64,000 nt of DNA from Candidatus Poribacteria bacterium (GTDB lineage Bacteria > Poribacteria > WGA-4E > PCPOR2b): positions 4,800,001-4,864,000 of the forward strand of contig OZ220744.1 of the NCBI GenBank assembly GCA_965116925.1, given 5' to 3'. The translations under genes were made by a program, and so were the position numbers. The notes beneath the pieces were generated by a model. The model was not told where the DNA came from. It was given only the letters and a program-made list of their open reading frames with translations, and did not search any database. Of this stretch, positions 37,833 through 47,751 are shown piece after piece. How positions within the stretch are numbered: position 1 is the stretch's first letter; the number at the start of each line of letters is the position of its first letter.

Positions 37833-40541
37833 TCAATCAGCCACCAGATTTCTGATGACATAATCCAGAATCCCACCGTGTTGGTAGTACTCCACCTCAA
37901 TGGGTGCATCGATCCGGATTAACAATTCTGTTGAACGCTTCGTCCCCGATTCGTCTGTCCATTCCATCGTGGCAGTTTGACCCGGTTGCAGGTTGTCCGC
38001 AAAACCGGTGATGCTGAGGACTTCACTCCCCGTCAAGCCGAGCGACGCTGCACTCTCACCCTCCTTGAACTGCAAAGGCAAAATGCCCATACCGATCAGG
38101 TTGCTCCGGTGGATGCGTTCGTAACTTTCGGAGACAACGGCTTTGACCCCCAATAGCTTAGGTCCCTTCGCCGCCCAATCCCTCGAACTACCAGAACCGT
38201 ATTCTTTGCCGGTGAAAACGACGAGCGGTGTGTTTTCCTGAAGGTAACGTTGACCCGCCTCATATATTGTTGTCTGTTCCCCGGAAGGATAGGTGACGGT
38301 ATAACCGCCTTCGACATCGGGTAGCATTGCGTTTTTAATCCGGTTATTGGCAAATGTTCCACGGCTCATTATCCGGTCATTACCGCGCCTTGCGCCGTAG
38401 GTGTTAAAATCCCTTCTTTCAACGCCGTGTTCGATCAGATATTTTCCAGCCGGGCTGTCCGCACCAATTGCGCCGGCGGGGGAGATGTGGTCTGTTGTGA
38501 CAGAATCTCCCAGAATAGCGAGAACCCTCGCGCCTTGAATATCTGTGATTGGATCAGGTTCTAACCCGAATCCTTCAAAGAAGGGTGGTTTCTGGATATA
38601 GGTGCTTTCTTCGCTCCAGTGATACAGTTCACCTGTGGGTATATCCAATTCGTCCCATTCTGGTGCTTGGTTGGCGATTTCGGCATAGAGACGTTTGAAC
38701 GTGTTGGCGTCCAACGATTGGGCGATCAGATCGGCAATTTCATCCCGTGTGGGCCATACATCTCTCAAATAGACCGGTTCATTAGCGTCGTTATAGCCTA
38801 ACGGCTCACTCGTTAGATCGACATCGATCCGTCCGGCAAGCGCGTAGGCGACAACAAGCGGTGGTGACATCAGGAAACTGGCTTTGACATCGCGGTGTAC
38901 CCGCGCCTCAAAGTTTCGGTTGCCGCTTAGAACGCTGACCGCAACGAGATTTCCCGCCTCAATCGCGCTCTGAATATCTTCATCTAGGGGTCCACTATTC
39001 CCGATGCAGGTCGTGCAGCCGTATCCAACGACGTTAAAACCTAACTTCTCCAGATAGGGCAGCAGCCCTGTCCCTTGCAGGTACTCCGTGACAACGCGGG
39101 ATCCGGGGGCTAAACTGGTCTTGACGGAATCGGGTACGCGGATGCCGCCTTCGACCGCCTTCTTTGCGACCAATCCGGCGGCGATCATCACCGACGGATT
39201 GCTGGTATTGGTGCAGCTGGTGATGGCGGCGATTGCAACATCTCCGTGTGTGATGCTGCCTGATGCTTCTGCACCCTGACGGTGCTCCTCAATCTCCGTC
39301 TGAGAAAGTCCGTATCCGCCCTCCGTAAGCGGTGTCGTCAACAGGTGCGGGAAAGTCTCCTTGACCCTTGAGAGTTCAATCCGATCTTGAGGCCTTTTGG
39401 GACCCGCAATGCTTGGTTCAATCGCATCAAGATCAACCATCAACACCTCGGAATATTCCACCTCACCCGCTTTCGGGATACCGAACATATTCTGGTTCTT
39501 CAGGTACGCCGTGACCAACTCCAGATCTGCTTCATCACGACCCGTCGCCCGAAGGTAATCCACCGACGCTTCATCCGAGGGGAAGAAGCCGACCGTCGCA
39601 CCGTATTCGGGACACATGTTAGAAATCGTCGCCCGATCCGGGGTTGAGAGCACTTCAACCCCTTCGCCAAAGAATTCCACAAATTTACCGACGACGTTTG
39701 TTTCCCGCAACCGCTGCACAACTGTTAGCACGAGATCTGTCGCCGTTACGCCCTCTTTGAGCGTCCCTTTCATGTGAACGCCCAATACCTCCGGCGTTAG
39801 GATGTAAACCGGCTGACCGAGCATGGCGGCTTCCGCTTCGATACCCCCGACACCCCAACCAACGATTCCGAGACCGTTGATCATGGTGGTATGGGAGTCC
39901 GTCCCGACCAATGTATCGGGATATGCAATCGTCTCACCGTTAATCGCATCGGGAACAACCAACTTGGCGAGATACTCCAGATTCACTTGATGGACAATGC
40001 CAATGGAGGGCGGAATCACCCTAAACTTATCAAAAGCCTGCTGCCCCCACTTCAGGAACTCGTATCGCTCCTTATTCCGTTCAAATTCCCGTTGGGTGTT
40101 AATTTGGAGTGCATTCGCCGTTCCGTATGCATCCACCTGAACGGAGTGATCGATGACCAAATCCACAGGGACAAGCGGCTCAATAATCTGTGGATCGCCG
40201 CCGAGCTCCTCCACCGCCGAACGCATCGCCGCCAGATCGACGAGGAGGGGAACACCCGTGAAATCCTGGGCGAGCACGCGGGCTGGCTTAAACGGGATCT
40301 CGACAGATTTGGGTTGTTTCGGATCCCAGTTTGCCAAGTCCACGATGTCCTGCTCCGTAATTTGCTGATCATCGTAGTTTCTCAGCAATGATTCCAGCAA
40401 AATGCGGATACTAACAGGTAAGTTAGAAACTGTCCCAATGCCCTGCGCTTCTAGGGCAGGAAGTGAGTAGTAATGGACATCCTGTCCATCGGATTCAAAG
40501 GTTTGTAATGTGTTAAAGAGATTGTGCATCAATTCCGGCAT
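37833..40541 (-). CDS. acnA: Aconitate hydratase A
   Basis: [57 protein letters not shown]. Confidence 0.98.
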   Translation of the reverse strand: MPELMHNLFNTLQTFESDGQDVHYYSLPALEAQGIGTVSNLPVSIRILLESLLRNYDDQQITEQDIVDLANWDPKQPKSVEIPFKPARVLAQDFTGVPLLVDLAAMRSAVEELGGDPQIIEPLVPVDLVIDHSVQVDAYGTANALQINTQREFERNKERYEFLKWGQQAFDKFRVIPPSIGIVHQVNLEYLAKLVVPDAINGETIAYPDTLVGTDSHTTMINGLGIVGWGVGGIEAEAAMLGQPVYILTPEVLGVHMKGTLKEGVTATDLVLTVVQRLRETNVVGKFVEFFGEGVEVLSTPDRATISNMCPEYGATVGFFPSDEASVDYLRATGRDEADLELVTAYLKNQNMFGIPKAGEVEYSEVLMVDLDAIEPSIAGPKRPQDRIELSRVKETFPHLLTTPLTEGGYGLSQTEIEEHRQGAEASGSITHGDVAIAAITSCTNTSNPSVMIAAGLVAKKAVEGGIRVPDSVKTSLAPGSRVVTEYLQGTGLLPYLEKLGFNVVGYGCTTCIGNSGPLDEDIQSAIEAGNLVAVSVLSGNRNFEARVHRDVKASFLMSPPLVVAYALAGRIDVDLTSEPLGYNDANEPVYLRDVWPTRDEIADLIAQSLDANTFKRLYAEIANQAPEWDELDIPTGELYHWSEESTYIQKPPFFEGFGLEPDPITDIQGARVLAILGDSVTTDHISPAGAIGADSPAGKYLIEHGVERRDFNTYGARRGNDRIMSRGTFANNRIKNAMLPDVEGGYTVTYPSGEQTTIYEAGQRYLQENTPLVVFTGKEYGSGSSRDWAAKGPKLLGVKAVVSESYERIHRSNLIGMGILPLQFKEGESAASLGLTGSEVLSITGFADNLQPGQTATMEWTDESGTKRSTELLIRIDAPIEVEYYQHGGILDYVIRNLVAD

Positions 40542-40579
40542 CTAATTTTACCTACCTAAGTTCATTGATTCAAAAGTAA

Positions 40580-40607
40580 GTAGGGAACGCAGATCTGCGT
40601 TCCCTAC
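40580..40607. repeat. 28-bp GTAG REP palindrome, copy 3
   Basis: Identical to 483-510. Confidence 0.95.
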
Positions 40608-40651
40608 AATCTGAAGTGCGTACGCCCTGTTCCTATGTGCTTATACTTTTT

Positions 40652-41296
40652 TCAGCGACTCCTCACCTGAACTCGAGCAACCTGTTCTTTAGGGAGGTAC
40701 TTTTCCAAAGCGGCATGTATGCTCACTTCGTTGAGCTTTTTCGGTGTAATCAATACGCATGTTCGTCTAGATCCAGTTGTCCACTCTTTCTCAAATTCTG
40801 AGTAACTAAGCATGCGCGCGCCCCTAGACCCCGCCCCTCTTCTCTGTGCGCCGAGCGGGTTTCCGATCTGAACCTGCTGATCGGCATCATTATATCCCAT
40901 AATCGCTGATAGGTGTCTGCTGTTTGAACGGCCCGATAGGATAACGGGAGTCCAACCTGTTGCCACGAACGCTTTCAATACTGTCAAATTGCAGCTGGAC
41001 ACAACGCTGAGGTTTTGAACTTGCCCTCTTGTCGTGCCATAGAGGTCTTCAAGCCGTCTGATATCATGATCTATTCTGAAGAACGCTTTCAGGAGCGGTT
41101 TCTTAGTAACATCAATCGCAGCAGCAGAAGGCAATGTTCCTGTTCGCATTCTCGTCGGTGCTGAAGCTGAAGCAGGTTGTGAACGGTTTGCACTTGGGAT
41201 AGGCGGCAGCTTTCCGGTTTGCGGTGGTGGTCCGCAACTCACTAAGAGTAAACATAAAGCTAAGATAGACACGATGTGGCAGAAATGAGTGTGCAT
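40652..41296 (-). CDS. Lipoprotein with degenerate peptidase C39-like region
   Basis: Lipobox LVSC; G.TPVIL...H...IMGYND....QIGNP...FEKEW. Confidence 0.6.
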   Translation of the reverse strand: MHTHFCHIVSILALCLLLVSCGPPPQTGKLPPIPSANRSQPASASAPTRMRTGTLPSAAAIDVTKKPLLKAFFRIDHDIRRLEDLYGTTRGQVQNLSVVSSCNLTVLKAFVATGWTPVILSGRSNSRHLSAIMGYNDADQQVQIGNPLGAQRRGAGSRGARMLSYSEFEKEWTTGSRRTCVLITPKKLNEVSIHAALEKYLPKEQVARVQVRSR

Positions 41297-41676
41297 GATT
41301 TTCTCCTTGATACCCTTTCGGGGTTGGAATCTGATTCAGCTTGAACACATGACTATTTCACACAATAGTTTGTGCCCCGCTGGAATCTTAGCGAAGCCAG
41401 ATAAGATTTAACACAAACCATGGCCAACCGAAATTCAATTGGCACATCAACCACACGCAATTTAGATGCCACAGTTATCTTGAATTGCACGAAGTGCGTT
41501 GTCAAACATCAAGTTTGTTGGAAAACTCCTTTTCACGCCTGACTTTGTATCTGTTTTTGACATCAGCTGTAATTTCACAGAGAATATCATGCCCACAAAG
41601 CAGCTGTCGAAACTGTGCCACACTGCCGTCGTAAAAATGCTACACCGTTACTCGGTAAGGTGTTGACATACCGCCA

Positions 41677-41865
41677 TTACCACCCGAAATTGACGAACCA
41701 GCGAACAACTTCCGACCTTGCTCGGAAAACGTCATTCCCAATCCGAATCAAATTTCGGAGTTCGATCTCTGAATAAGGTTCTTGATTAAACGCTTCGGCG
41801 GTTGCACAGTGGAAAGCGTTCCTCCCTTCGCCGGCGTCGATGCCCTGCTACGGGATCTGTATTTT
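41677..41865 (-). pseudogene. Decayed tandem paralogue of the 41748-42206 gene
   Basis: KIQIP*QGIDAGEGRNAFHCATAEAFNQEPYSEIELRNLIRIGNDVFRARSEVVRWFVNF aligns without gaps to the upstream protein; in-frame TAG at 41848-41850. Confidence 0.82.
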
Positions 41866-42206
41866 CCTTGCGGGTTACGGCTAAGCCACGAGGAGTTCGC
41901 CACCCGTGCTATGCCGCATATTGGAATCGGCTGACGTCCTTTCCGACGATAGGTTCCTCTGCCAAAGGGCTCCGAAACAAGCTCAATCGTGATTGGTTTA
42001 ACTGGCCTGCCTCTATCAAAATCCCCAAACCAGCGAACAACTTCAGCCGTCGCTTGGTAAGCGTCGTTCCCGATCACGATCATACTCGTGACGCTGATTT
42101 CGTAGGCGAATTCTTGCTTCAACCCTACAGCGATTGCACAGTTGAAGGCGTCCATCACTTTGCCAGTGTCGATGTGTTCTTGCGTGATTTCTATTGGTAT
42201 GCTCAT
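41748..42206 (-). CDS. Hypothetical protein (phage-like small protein)
   Basis: AAGGAG RBS, own promoter, paralogous copy downstream; last ~40 aa probably run-on. Confidence 0.7.
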   Translation of the reverse strand: MSIPIEITQEHIDTGKVMDAFNCAIAVGLKQEFAYEISVTSMIVIGNDAYQATAEVVRWFGDFDRGRPVKPITIELVSEPFGRGTYRRKGRQPIPICGIARVANSSWLSRNPQGKYRSRSRASTPAKGGTLSTVQPPKRLIKNLIQRSNSEI

Positions 42207-42281
42207 GGTGAAAACTCCTTGCGGGTTGTGCTGAAGCTGGACGGTGAGTGAATTATTTCAAAGAAGATGTCAACTGTTTCT

Positions 42282-42310
42282 AGTGTAGCACAGGGGAGGG
42301 TCACTGTCAA
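42282..42310 (-). promoter_or_regulatory. Sigma70-type promoter
   Basis: TTGACA-N17-TACACT with TG extension. Confidence 0.75.
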
Positions 42311-42431
42311 GGGAAGAAAGCCGATTCCGATTTCGCTACGATGCAATGAAATTAATATTGATCTCCGTCGGCATTTCTGCTACACTTTCCTAATTAGCAG
42401 TTGGCTTTATTATCCGAAAGAAAGTGAATAT

Positions 42432-42671
42432 ATGGAATCAAAGACAACCCAAAAACTTAACGAAGATGAAATGGTGGCACTCGCCCAGCAGTGTTTATCG
42501 GAACTTGGCATCGCAGAAGCATCAATTTATCCTCACAGAAAGATTGTGCGGATACAGGTATCAGAAGCCGATTTCGACAGAGCCATTCAGATACGAGAAA
42601 CAATTGTGGAACGGATGAAAACAATCGGTTACCGATTTGTCGCCTTAGATTTCGACGAAAAGGCGGATTAG
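42432..42671 (+). CDS. Stand-alone LarE C-terminal-like domain protein
   Basis: H...VRIQV......RETIVERMKTIGYRFVALD; upstream TTGATC-N17-TACACT supports the shorter start. Confidence 0.65.
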   Translation: MESKTTQKLNEDEMVALAQQCLSELGIAEASIYPHRKIVRIQVSEADFDRAIQIRETIVERMKTIGYRFVALDFDEKAD

Positions 42672-42698
42672 TAGGGAACGCAGATCTGCGTTCCCTAC
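42671..42698. repeat. 28-bp GTAG REP palindrome, copy 4
   Basis: Identical to 483-510; first base is the last base of the stop codon. Confidence 0.95.
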
Positions 42699-42750
42699 GA
42701 AATCTTATACCCAATAATATCTTATACCCAATAATAAAGGAAAATAGAGC

Positions 42751-45700
42751 ATGAGTAATTCTCAATCAGATTCAAATTTATTTCAATCACTCAAATGGCG
42801 TTGTATCGGTCCGCCACGGGGAGGGCGAGTTGTTGCTGTGGCAGGACACCCGACAGAACAGGCGGTCTTCTACTTTGGCGCGTGTGCGGGCGGTGTCTGG
42901 AAAACTAACGACGCGGGAACATACTGGGAAAACGTTTCAGACGGATTCTTCAATAGCGCTGCCGTAGGAGCTATCGCGGTGGCAGATGCCGATTCAAACG
43001 TTATCTATGCCGGCACCGGCGAAACCACCATCCGCCTCGATGTCTCCTACGGTGATGGGGTGTACAAATCCACCGATGGCGGTAAAACTTGGGCAAATGT
43101 CGGATTGAAGGAGACCCGTCATATCGGCAAAATTCGCATTCATCCACAGAACCCCGATCTGGTCTATGTAGCAGCCCTCGGTCACGCCTTCGGACCAAAC
43201 GAAGAACGCGGTGTCTTTCGTTCCAAAGATGGTGGGGCAACTTGGGAAAATATCCTGTTTCGTAGCGAAAAGGCGGGGGCAGTTGATCTGACAATGGATC
43301 CGAATAACCCTCGCATTCTCTACGCGGCGATATGGGAAACCTATCGCAACTTTTGGGAACTGTCTAGCGGTGGACCTGACAGCAGCCTTTACAAATCAAC
43401 CGACGGCGGCGACAGTTGGGAGGAGATCACGAATAAACCCGGCCTTCCCAAGGGGCTCATCGGTAAGATCGGCGTCGCTGCCTCCCCTGCCCAATCTGAT
43501 CGGGTCTGGGCAATCGTCGAAGCAGAGAAGGGTGGGCTGCACCGTTCAGACGATGGCGGTGAAACATGGGAATTGCTGACAGCAAATCGCGACCTGTGGC
43601 ATCGTCCGTTTTATTACTGCCACATCTTTGCTGACCCGCAAGATCCAGATACCGTCTATGTCCTGAACCTGAAGATGTGGAAGTCAACCGATGGGGGACG
43701 GACCTTCACGGAGATTAGCACACCGCACGGGGACAACCATGATCTGTGGATCGATCCGAACAACCCTCGGCGCATGATCGAAGGCAACGACGGTGGCGCG
43801 TGTGTTTCGTTCAACGGAGGCGATAGCTGGACAACCATCTACAACCAACTCACCTCGCAGTTCTATCGCATCGACACTGACAACCGATTTCCCTATCGTG
43901 TCTACGCCACACAACAGGATAACTCCAGTATTTGTGCCCCAAGCGCGAGCGAATATGGCGGTATCCACTGGGTTGATTGCTATCCTGTTGGCACCGGTGA
44001 GAGCGGTGACATTGTGGTTCACCCTGATAACCCCGATATCGCCTACATCGGTGCGATAGGTAGCTCACCGGGGGGCAGCGGAGTCCTCCAACGCTACGAC
44101 CATCACACCCGTCAGATTCGGTTGGTTAATGTCTGGCCCGAAGAATATATTGGCTTGGGACCGAAAGATCTTAAGTATCGCTTCTCTTGGACGTTTCCTA
44201 TTGCGTTCTCACCTCACGATCCGAATGTCCTCTATGCAGCGGGCAATATAATCTTCCGCTCGACGGATGAAGGCAGCAGTTGGGAACCGATTAGCCCGGA
44301 TTTGACCCGTAACGATGTAACGAAACTTGGACCATCGGGCGGTCCTATCACCAAAGATGCGAGCGGTGCGGAGCATTACGGGACAGTGTACGCCTTTGTT
44401 GAATCGTCACACGAATCCGGTGTCTTTTGGGCTGGCAGCGATGACGGCTTGATCCACATCTCTAGAGATGAAGGACAAAACTGGGAGAATATCACTCCGC
44501 CGGACCTGCTTGAATGGTCGTTAATCAGCAATATCGAAGCCTCCCCACACGACCCGGCGACGGCGTATGTAGCTGTCACCCGATACAAGTTAGATGATTA
44601 TCAACCGTATCTGTATAAGACAGACGATTACGGGAAGACGTGGCACCTAATCAGTGGGAGTTTCCCCGATGGTGAGATTACCCGCGTGATTCGAGAAGAT
44701 CCAGTTCGTTCGGGCCTCCTTTATGTCGGCACGGAAACCGGAATCTATGTCTCGTTGGACGATGGAGAAAGCTGGCACCGTTTACAAAACAATCTCCCGG
44801 TCGTCCCGGTCTACGACCTAAAGATCAAGGACGGAGATCTGGTCGCAGGCACTCACGGCAGATCTTTCTGGATTTTGGACGATGTAACACCACTGCGTGA
44901 ATTGGCAGCAGACGCAGCACAAGCATCTTCCCACCTGTTTGAGCCTCGATCCACCTATCGCCGTTGGTTACAATGGGGTGCGGGTATGTTCCGGAGCGAG
45001 ACGGGAAAGAACTACCTGATGGGGTTGGGGGCTGCTGCGACCTTCTATCTGGAAAAATCGCCTGAAGGGGCACGCACCCGCAGATTCCTCGACGCTGGCG
45101 AGGGGCCGCCGCAGGGTGTGATTGTTTACTACCTCTTGGAAGGCACAGCCGCTGATCCTATTGAACTCACGTTCCTTGACGCCGATGGAACAGAAATCAA
45201 AACTTTCACCACTAAACCAGAGGACACTGATGATACTAAAGATGATGAAACAAAATCGGAAGACAAGGCTGATCGCTATATCCCAGCGGAACCGGGACTG
45301 AACCGCTTTGTGTGGGATATGTGCTATTCAGATTCGGAAGCGATAACGGAACCACCAAGTGGCAAACAGGAAATGTCACCGGATAAGCCGAAGAATGGTC
45401 CTCTCGCCTCGCCGGGAACCTATCAGGCACAACTCAAGGTCGGTGAGCAGACGCAGACGCAAACCTTCGAGATTTGCAAAGACCCGCGGGTAACTGCTAG
45501 CCAAGCAGATTTCGATGCTCAGTTTGAGTTGTGGAGCCAGATCCGTGATAAGCTGTCTGAAACACATGAAGCGATTAATCAACTTCGTCGAATACAGCGA
45601 CAGGCGAATGAGTGGCAGAAACGCGCAGAGGCGGGGGAGGATACCAACACCGAAGCGATCTGCGAAGCCGCTGATGCCTTACAGGAAAAACTGAAAGCCA

Positions 45701-45966
45701 TCGAAGGGGAGTTGATACAGACCGGAGCAGATACCATCGGCGATCGACTTCGGCTGCCCACCATGTTAACCGGTAAGCTCGCTGGGTTGACTAGCGTCGT
45801 AGCAGTTGCTGACTTCGCCCCGCCGAAACAGGCGTATGAGCTCTTTGAAGAGCTGTCAAGCCAGATTGACGCCCAACTGGACCAACTCCAGTCGGTGGTT
45901 GAGGAGGATGTCGCTGCTTTTAACGATCTTATCAGCGAAGCCAGCTTGCCAGCGGTTGTAACCTAA
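42751..45966 (+). CDS. VPS10/BNR-repeat beta-propeller protein (putative glycosyl hydrolase)
   Basis: WRCIGP.RGGRV; many S.DGG.TW Asp-boxes; coiled C-terminus. Confidence 0.9.
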   Translation: MSNSQSDSNLFQSLKWRCIGPPRGGRVVAVAGHPTEQAVFYFGACAGGVWKTNDAGTYWENVSDGFFNSAAVGAIAVADADSNVIYAGTGETTIRLDVSYGDGVYKSTDGGKTWANVGLKETRHIGKIRIHPQNPDLVYVAALGHAFGPNEERGVFRSKDGGATWENILFRSEKAGAVDLTMDPNNPRILYAAIWETYRNFWELSSGGPDSSLYKSTDGGDSWEEITNKPGLPKGLIGKIGVAASPAQSDRVWAIVEAEKGGLHRSDDGGETWELLTANRDLWHRPFYYCHIFADPQDPDTVYVLNLKMWKSTDGGRTFTEISTPHGDNHDLWIDPNNPRRMIEGNDGGACVSFNGGDSWTTIYNQLTSQFYRIDTDNRFPYRVYATQQDNSSICAPSASEYGGIHWVDCYPVGTGESGDIVVHPDNPDIAYIGAIGSSPGGSGVLQRYDHHTRQIRLVNVWPEEYIGLGPKDLKYRFSWTFPIAFSPHDPNVLYAAGNIIFRSTDEGSSWEPISPDLTRNDVTKLGPSGGPITKDASGAEHYGTVYAFVESSHESGVFWAGSDDGLIHISRDEGQNWENITPPDLLEWSLISNIEASPHDPATAYVAVTRYKLDDYQPYLYKTDDYGKTWHLISGSFPDGEITRVIREDPVRSGLLYVGTETGIYVSLDDGESWHRLQNNLPVVPVYDLKIKDGDLVAGTHGRSFWILDDVTPLRELAADAAQASSHLFEPRSTYRRWLQWGAGMFRSETGKNYLMGLGAAATFYLEKSPEGARTRRFLDAGEGPPQGVIVYYLLEGTAADPIELTFLDADGTEIKTFTTKPEDTDDTKDDETKSEDKADRYIPAEPGLNRFVWDMCYSDSEAITEPPSGKQEMSPDKPKNGPLASPGTYQAQLKVGEQTQTQTFEICKDPRVTASQADFDAQFELWSQIRDKLSETHEAINQLRRIQRQANEWQKRAEAGEDTNTEAICEAADALQEKLKAIEGELIQTGADTIGDRLRLPTMLTGKLAGLTSVVAVADFAPPKQAYELFEELSSQIDAQLDQLQSVVEEDVAAFNDLISEASLPAVVT

Positions 45967-45981
45967 TTTTTATCGCTGCTG

Positions 45982-47214
45982 ATGCGCCAACTTAATTTCC
46001 ACACCCCTATCTTAGATTTGGTAATGAAGCGATCCCTTAATTTTATCGGTATCACGGGTGCTGATTTCATTGTGCGCTCGGCCTATCAGATGGGAAAGAC
46101 ACCGCTCCTGCCGATTTTCGCAATGACTTTGGGAGCGACCGATGCGTTTCTTGGGTTTATTGTCTCTGTTTCCACCCTGACCGGCATGGTTCTCAAACCA
46201 GGGATTGGTATACTTTCTGACCGCTGGGGACGGCGTTGGTGGCTGATTGCCGGAACCGTTTTTTTCGCCGGTATGCCCTTTCTGTATCGCTTTGTTCATG
46301 CTCCGGCAGAACTGTTTGGCATACGCATTATCCACGGTTTAGCCACAGCCATCTACGGTCCCGTGACCCTCGCTTTCGTGGCGGAGGGTGTAAAAGACCG
46401 GCTAGCAGAGAAATTGGGTTGGTTCGGCATGGCTCGTAGCGCGGGCTATATTGTCGGACCGGCGGCTGCGGGTTGGCTATTGGCTACAGGGGTGAGTCCT
46501 GTCAATGTTTTTACTATCATTGGATTGTTCAGCTGCCTCGCTTTTGTCCCGATTCTATTACTCTCAGAACCTGCGCCGCGTACCAAAACTGTCAGTCTCC
46601 CAATTGGTCAACAGATTGTCCATGCCCTAAAGTCCGGCACACACACGCCATCTGTCTGGCTATCGGGTGGACTAGAAGCAACCGTGTTTATTGCCCTCTA
46701 CGCCGTCAAAGCGTTTCTGCCTATCTATGCCCTTTCTACGGGGATCAGTGTTGCGTTGGTAGGGGCTTTTTTTTCGGTGCAGGAGGGGGTGCACATGGTG
46801 TTAAAGCCCGTTGGAGGTAGGATTGGCGATCGCTTGGGGTATTTTGGGGCGATATGCCTCGGCATGGCTCTCATGGGAATTGCACTTCCACTGATTACAT
46901 TGACGCATGGTGTTTTGGGCTTGATGGCACTGGCTGTGCTGATTGGTACTGCACAAGCCTTTGTGTTTCCCTCCACGGTCGCACTCGTATCCACGCAAAT
47001 AAGTCCACTGCATATCGGGGCGGGAATGGGCTTAATCGGTACACTCAAAAATGCTGGTAAGGTTGTAGGTCCTATCTTGGGGGGATTCCTGATTCAGTGG
47101 CTCGATTTCCCACCGATGTTTTGGTCGATGGGACTACTGTTACTTCTCGGCGCAGGCGTAGTCGGGTGCTGGGGACAACGCAGGCAAACGCAGATACATT
47201 CACCGCCCGCTTGA
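45982..47214 (+). CDS. MFS transporter
   Basis: GILSDRWGRR and GRIGDRLG motifs; about 12 TM. Confidence 0.92.
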   Translation: MRQLNFHTPILDLVMKRSLNFIGITGADFIVRSAYQMGKTPLLPIFAMTLGATDAFLGFIVSVSTLTGMVLKPGIGILSDRWGRRWWLIAGTVFFAGMPFLYRFVHAPAELFGIRIIHGLATAIYGPVTLAFVAEGVKDRLAEKLGWFGMARSAGYIVGPAAAGWLLATGVSPVNVFTIIGLFSCLAFVPILLLSEPAPRTKTVSLPIGQQIVHALKSGTHTPSVWLSGGLEATVFIALYAVKAFLPIYALSTGISVALVGAFFSVQEGVHMVLKPVGGRIGDRLGYFGAICLGMALMGIALPLITLTHGVLGLMALAVLIGTAQAFVFPSTVALVSTQISPLHIGAGMGLIGTLKNAGKVVGPILGGFLIQWLDFPPMFWSMGLLLLLGAGVVGCWGQRRQTQIHSPPA

Positions 47215-47233
47215 TTCAACCTACTAGACAGCT

Positions 47234-47704
47234 ATGACATTCCTACCCGCTTTGATACAATGGATTCACGTCGGATCAGTTGTACTGCTGATCGGCGGTT
47301 TTTTCTTTCTCCGCGTCATTTTGCTGCCTGCTGCCAAAGTGCTTCCTGAAAACCAGCGACCCAAACTTGTGGAGGCGGCATTTCGCCGATTTAGGGTCGT
47401 TATCTGGAGCGCGCTGTTGACAATTCTGTTTTCAGGTGTTTACAATTTTATCGCCTTCCTGCGGTCAACGGGTTCTCTGTCCCAAGATGCCCCCAAAGAA
47501 CCTGTTGAGAATCTGTCCATATATATCATTGTATTGGGAATTAAGCTCTTTATCGTCTTTATCATATTTACCTTCGGCGTGTTGCTGACGTTCCCTTATC
47601 CTGTTTTTGCACCGATTCAAAAACGTCCCGCACCGTGGCTGAACTTGACGCTTATCTTGGGACTAATCGTAATCTTCCTATCAGCACTCTTGCGGCGTTT
47701 ATAA
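47234..47704 (+). CDS. CopD-like four-helix membrane protein
   Basis: WIH......IGG, SG.YN, IKL. Confidence 0.65.
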   Translation: MTFLPALIQWIHVGSVVLLIGGFFFLRVILLPAAKVLPENQRPKLVEAAFRRFRVVIWSALLTILFSGVYNFIAFLRSTGSLSQDAPKEPVENLSIYIIVLGIKLFIVFIIFTFGVLLTFPYPVFAPIQKRPAPWLNLTLILGLIVIFLSALLRRL

Positions 47705-47751
47705 ATAACGTAAGTTCTAGATTCTGTTGACACCTCATCGTAATCTCCTCG

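Noticed and set aside
41848..41850. In-frame TAG as pyrrolysine or readthrough
   Set aside because: Copy also lacks a start and ends early; no pyl genes seen
483..42698. 28-bp palindromes as CRISPR repeats
   Set aside because: Dispersed single copies, no spacers, no cas genes
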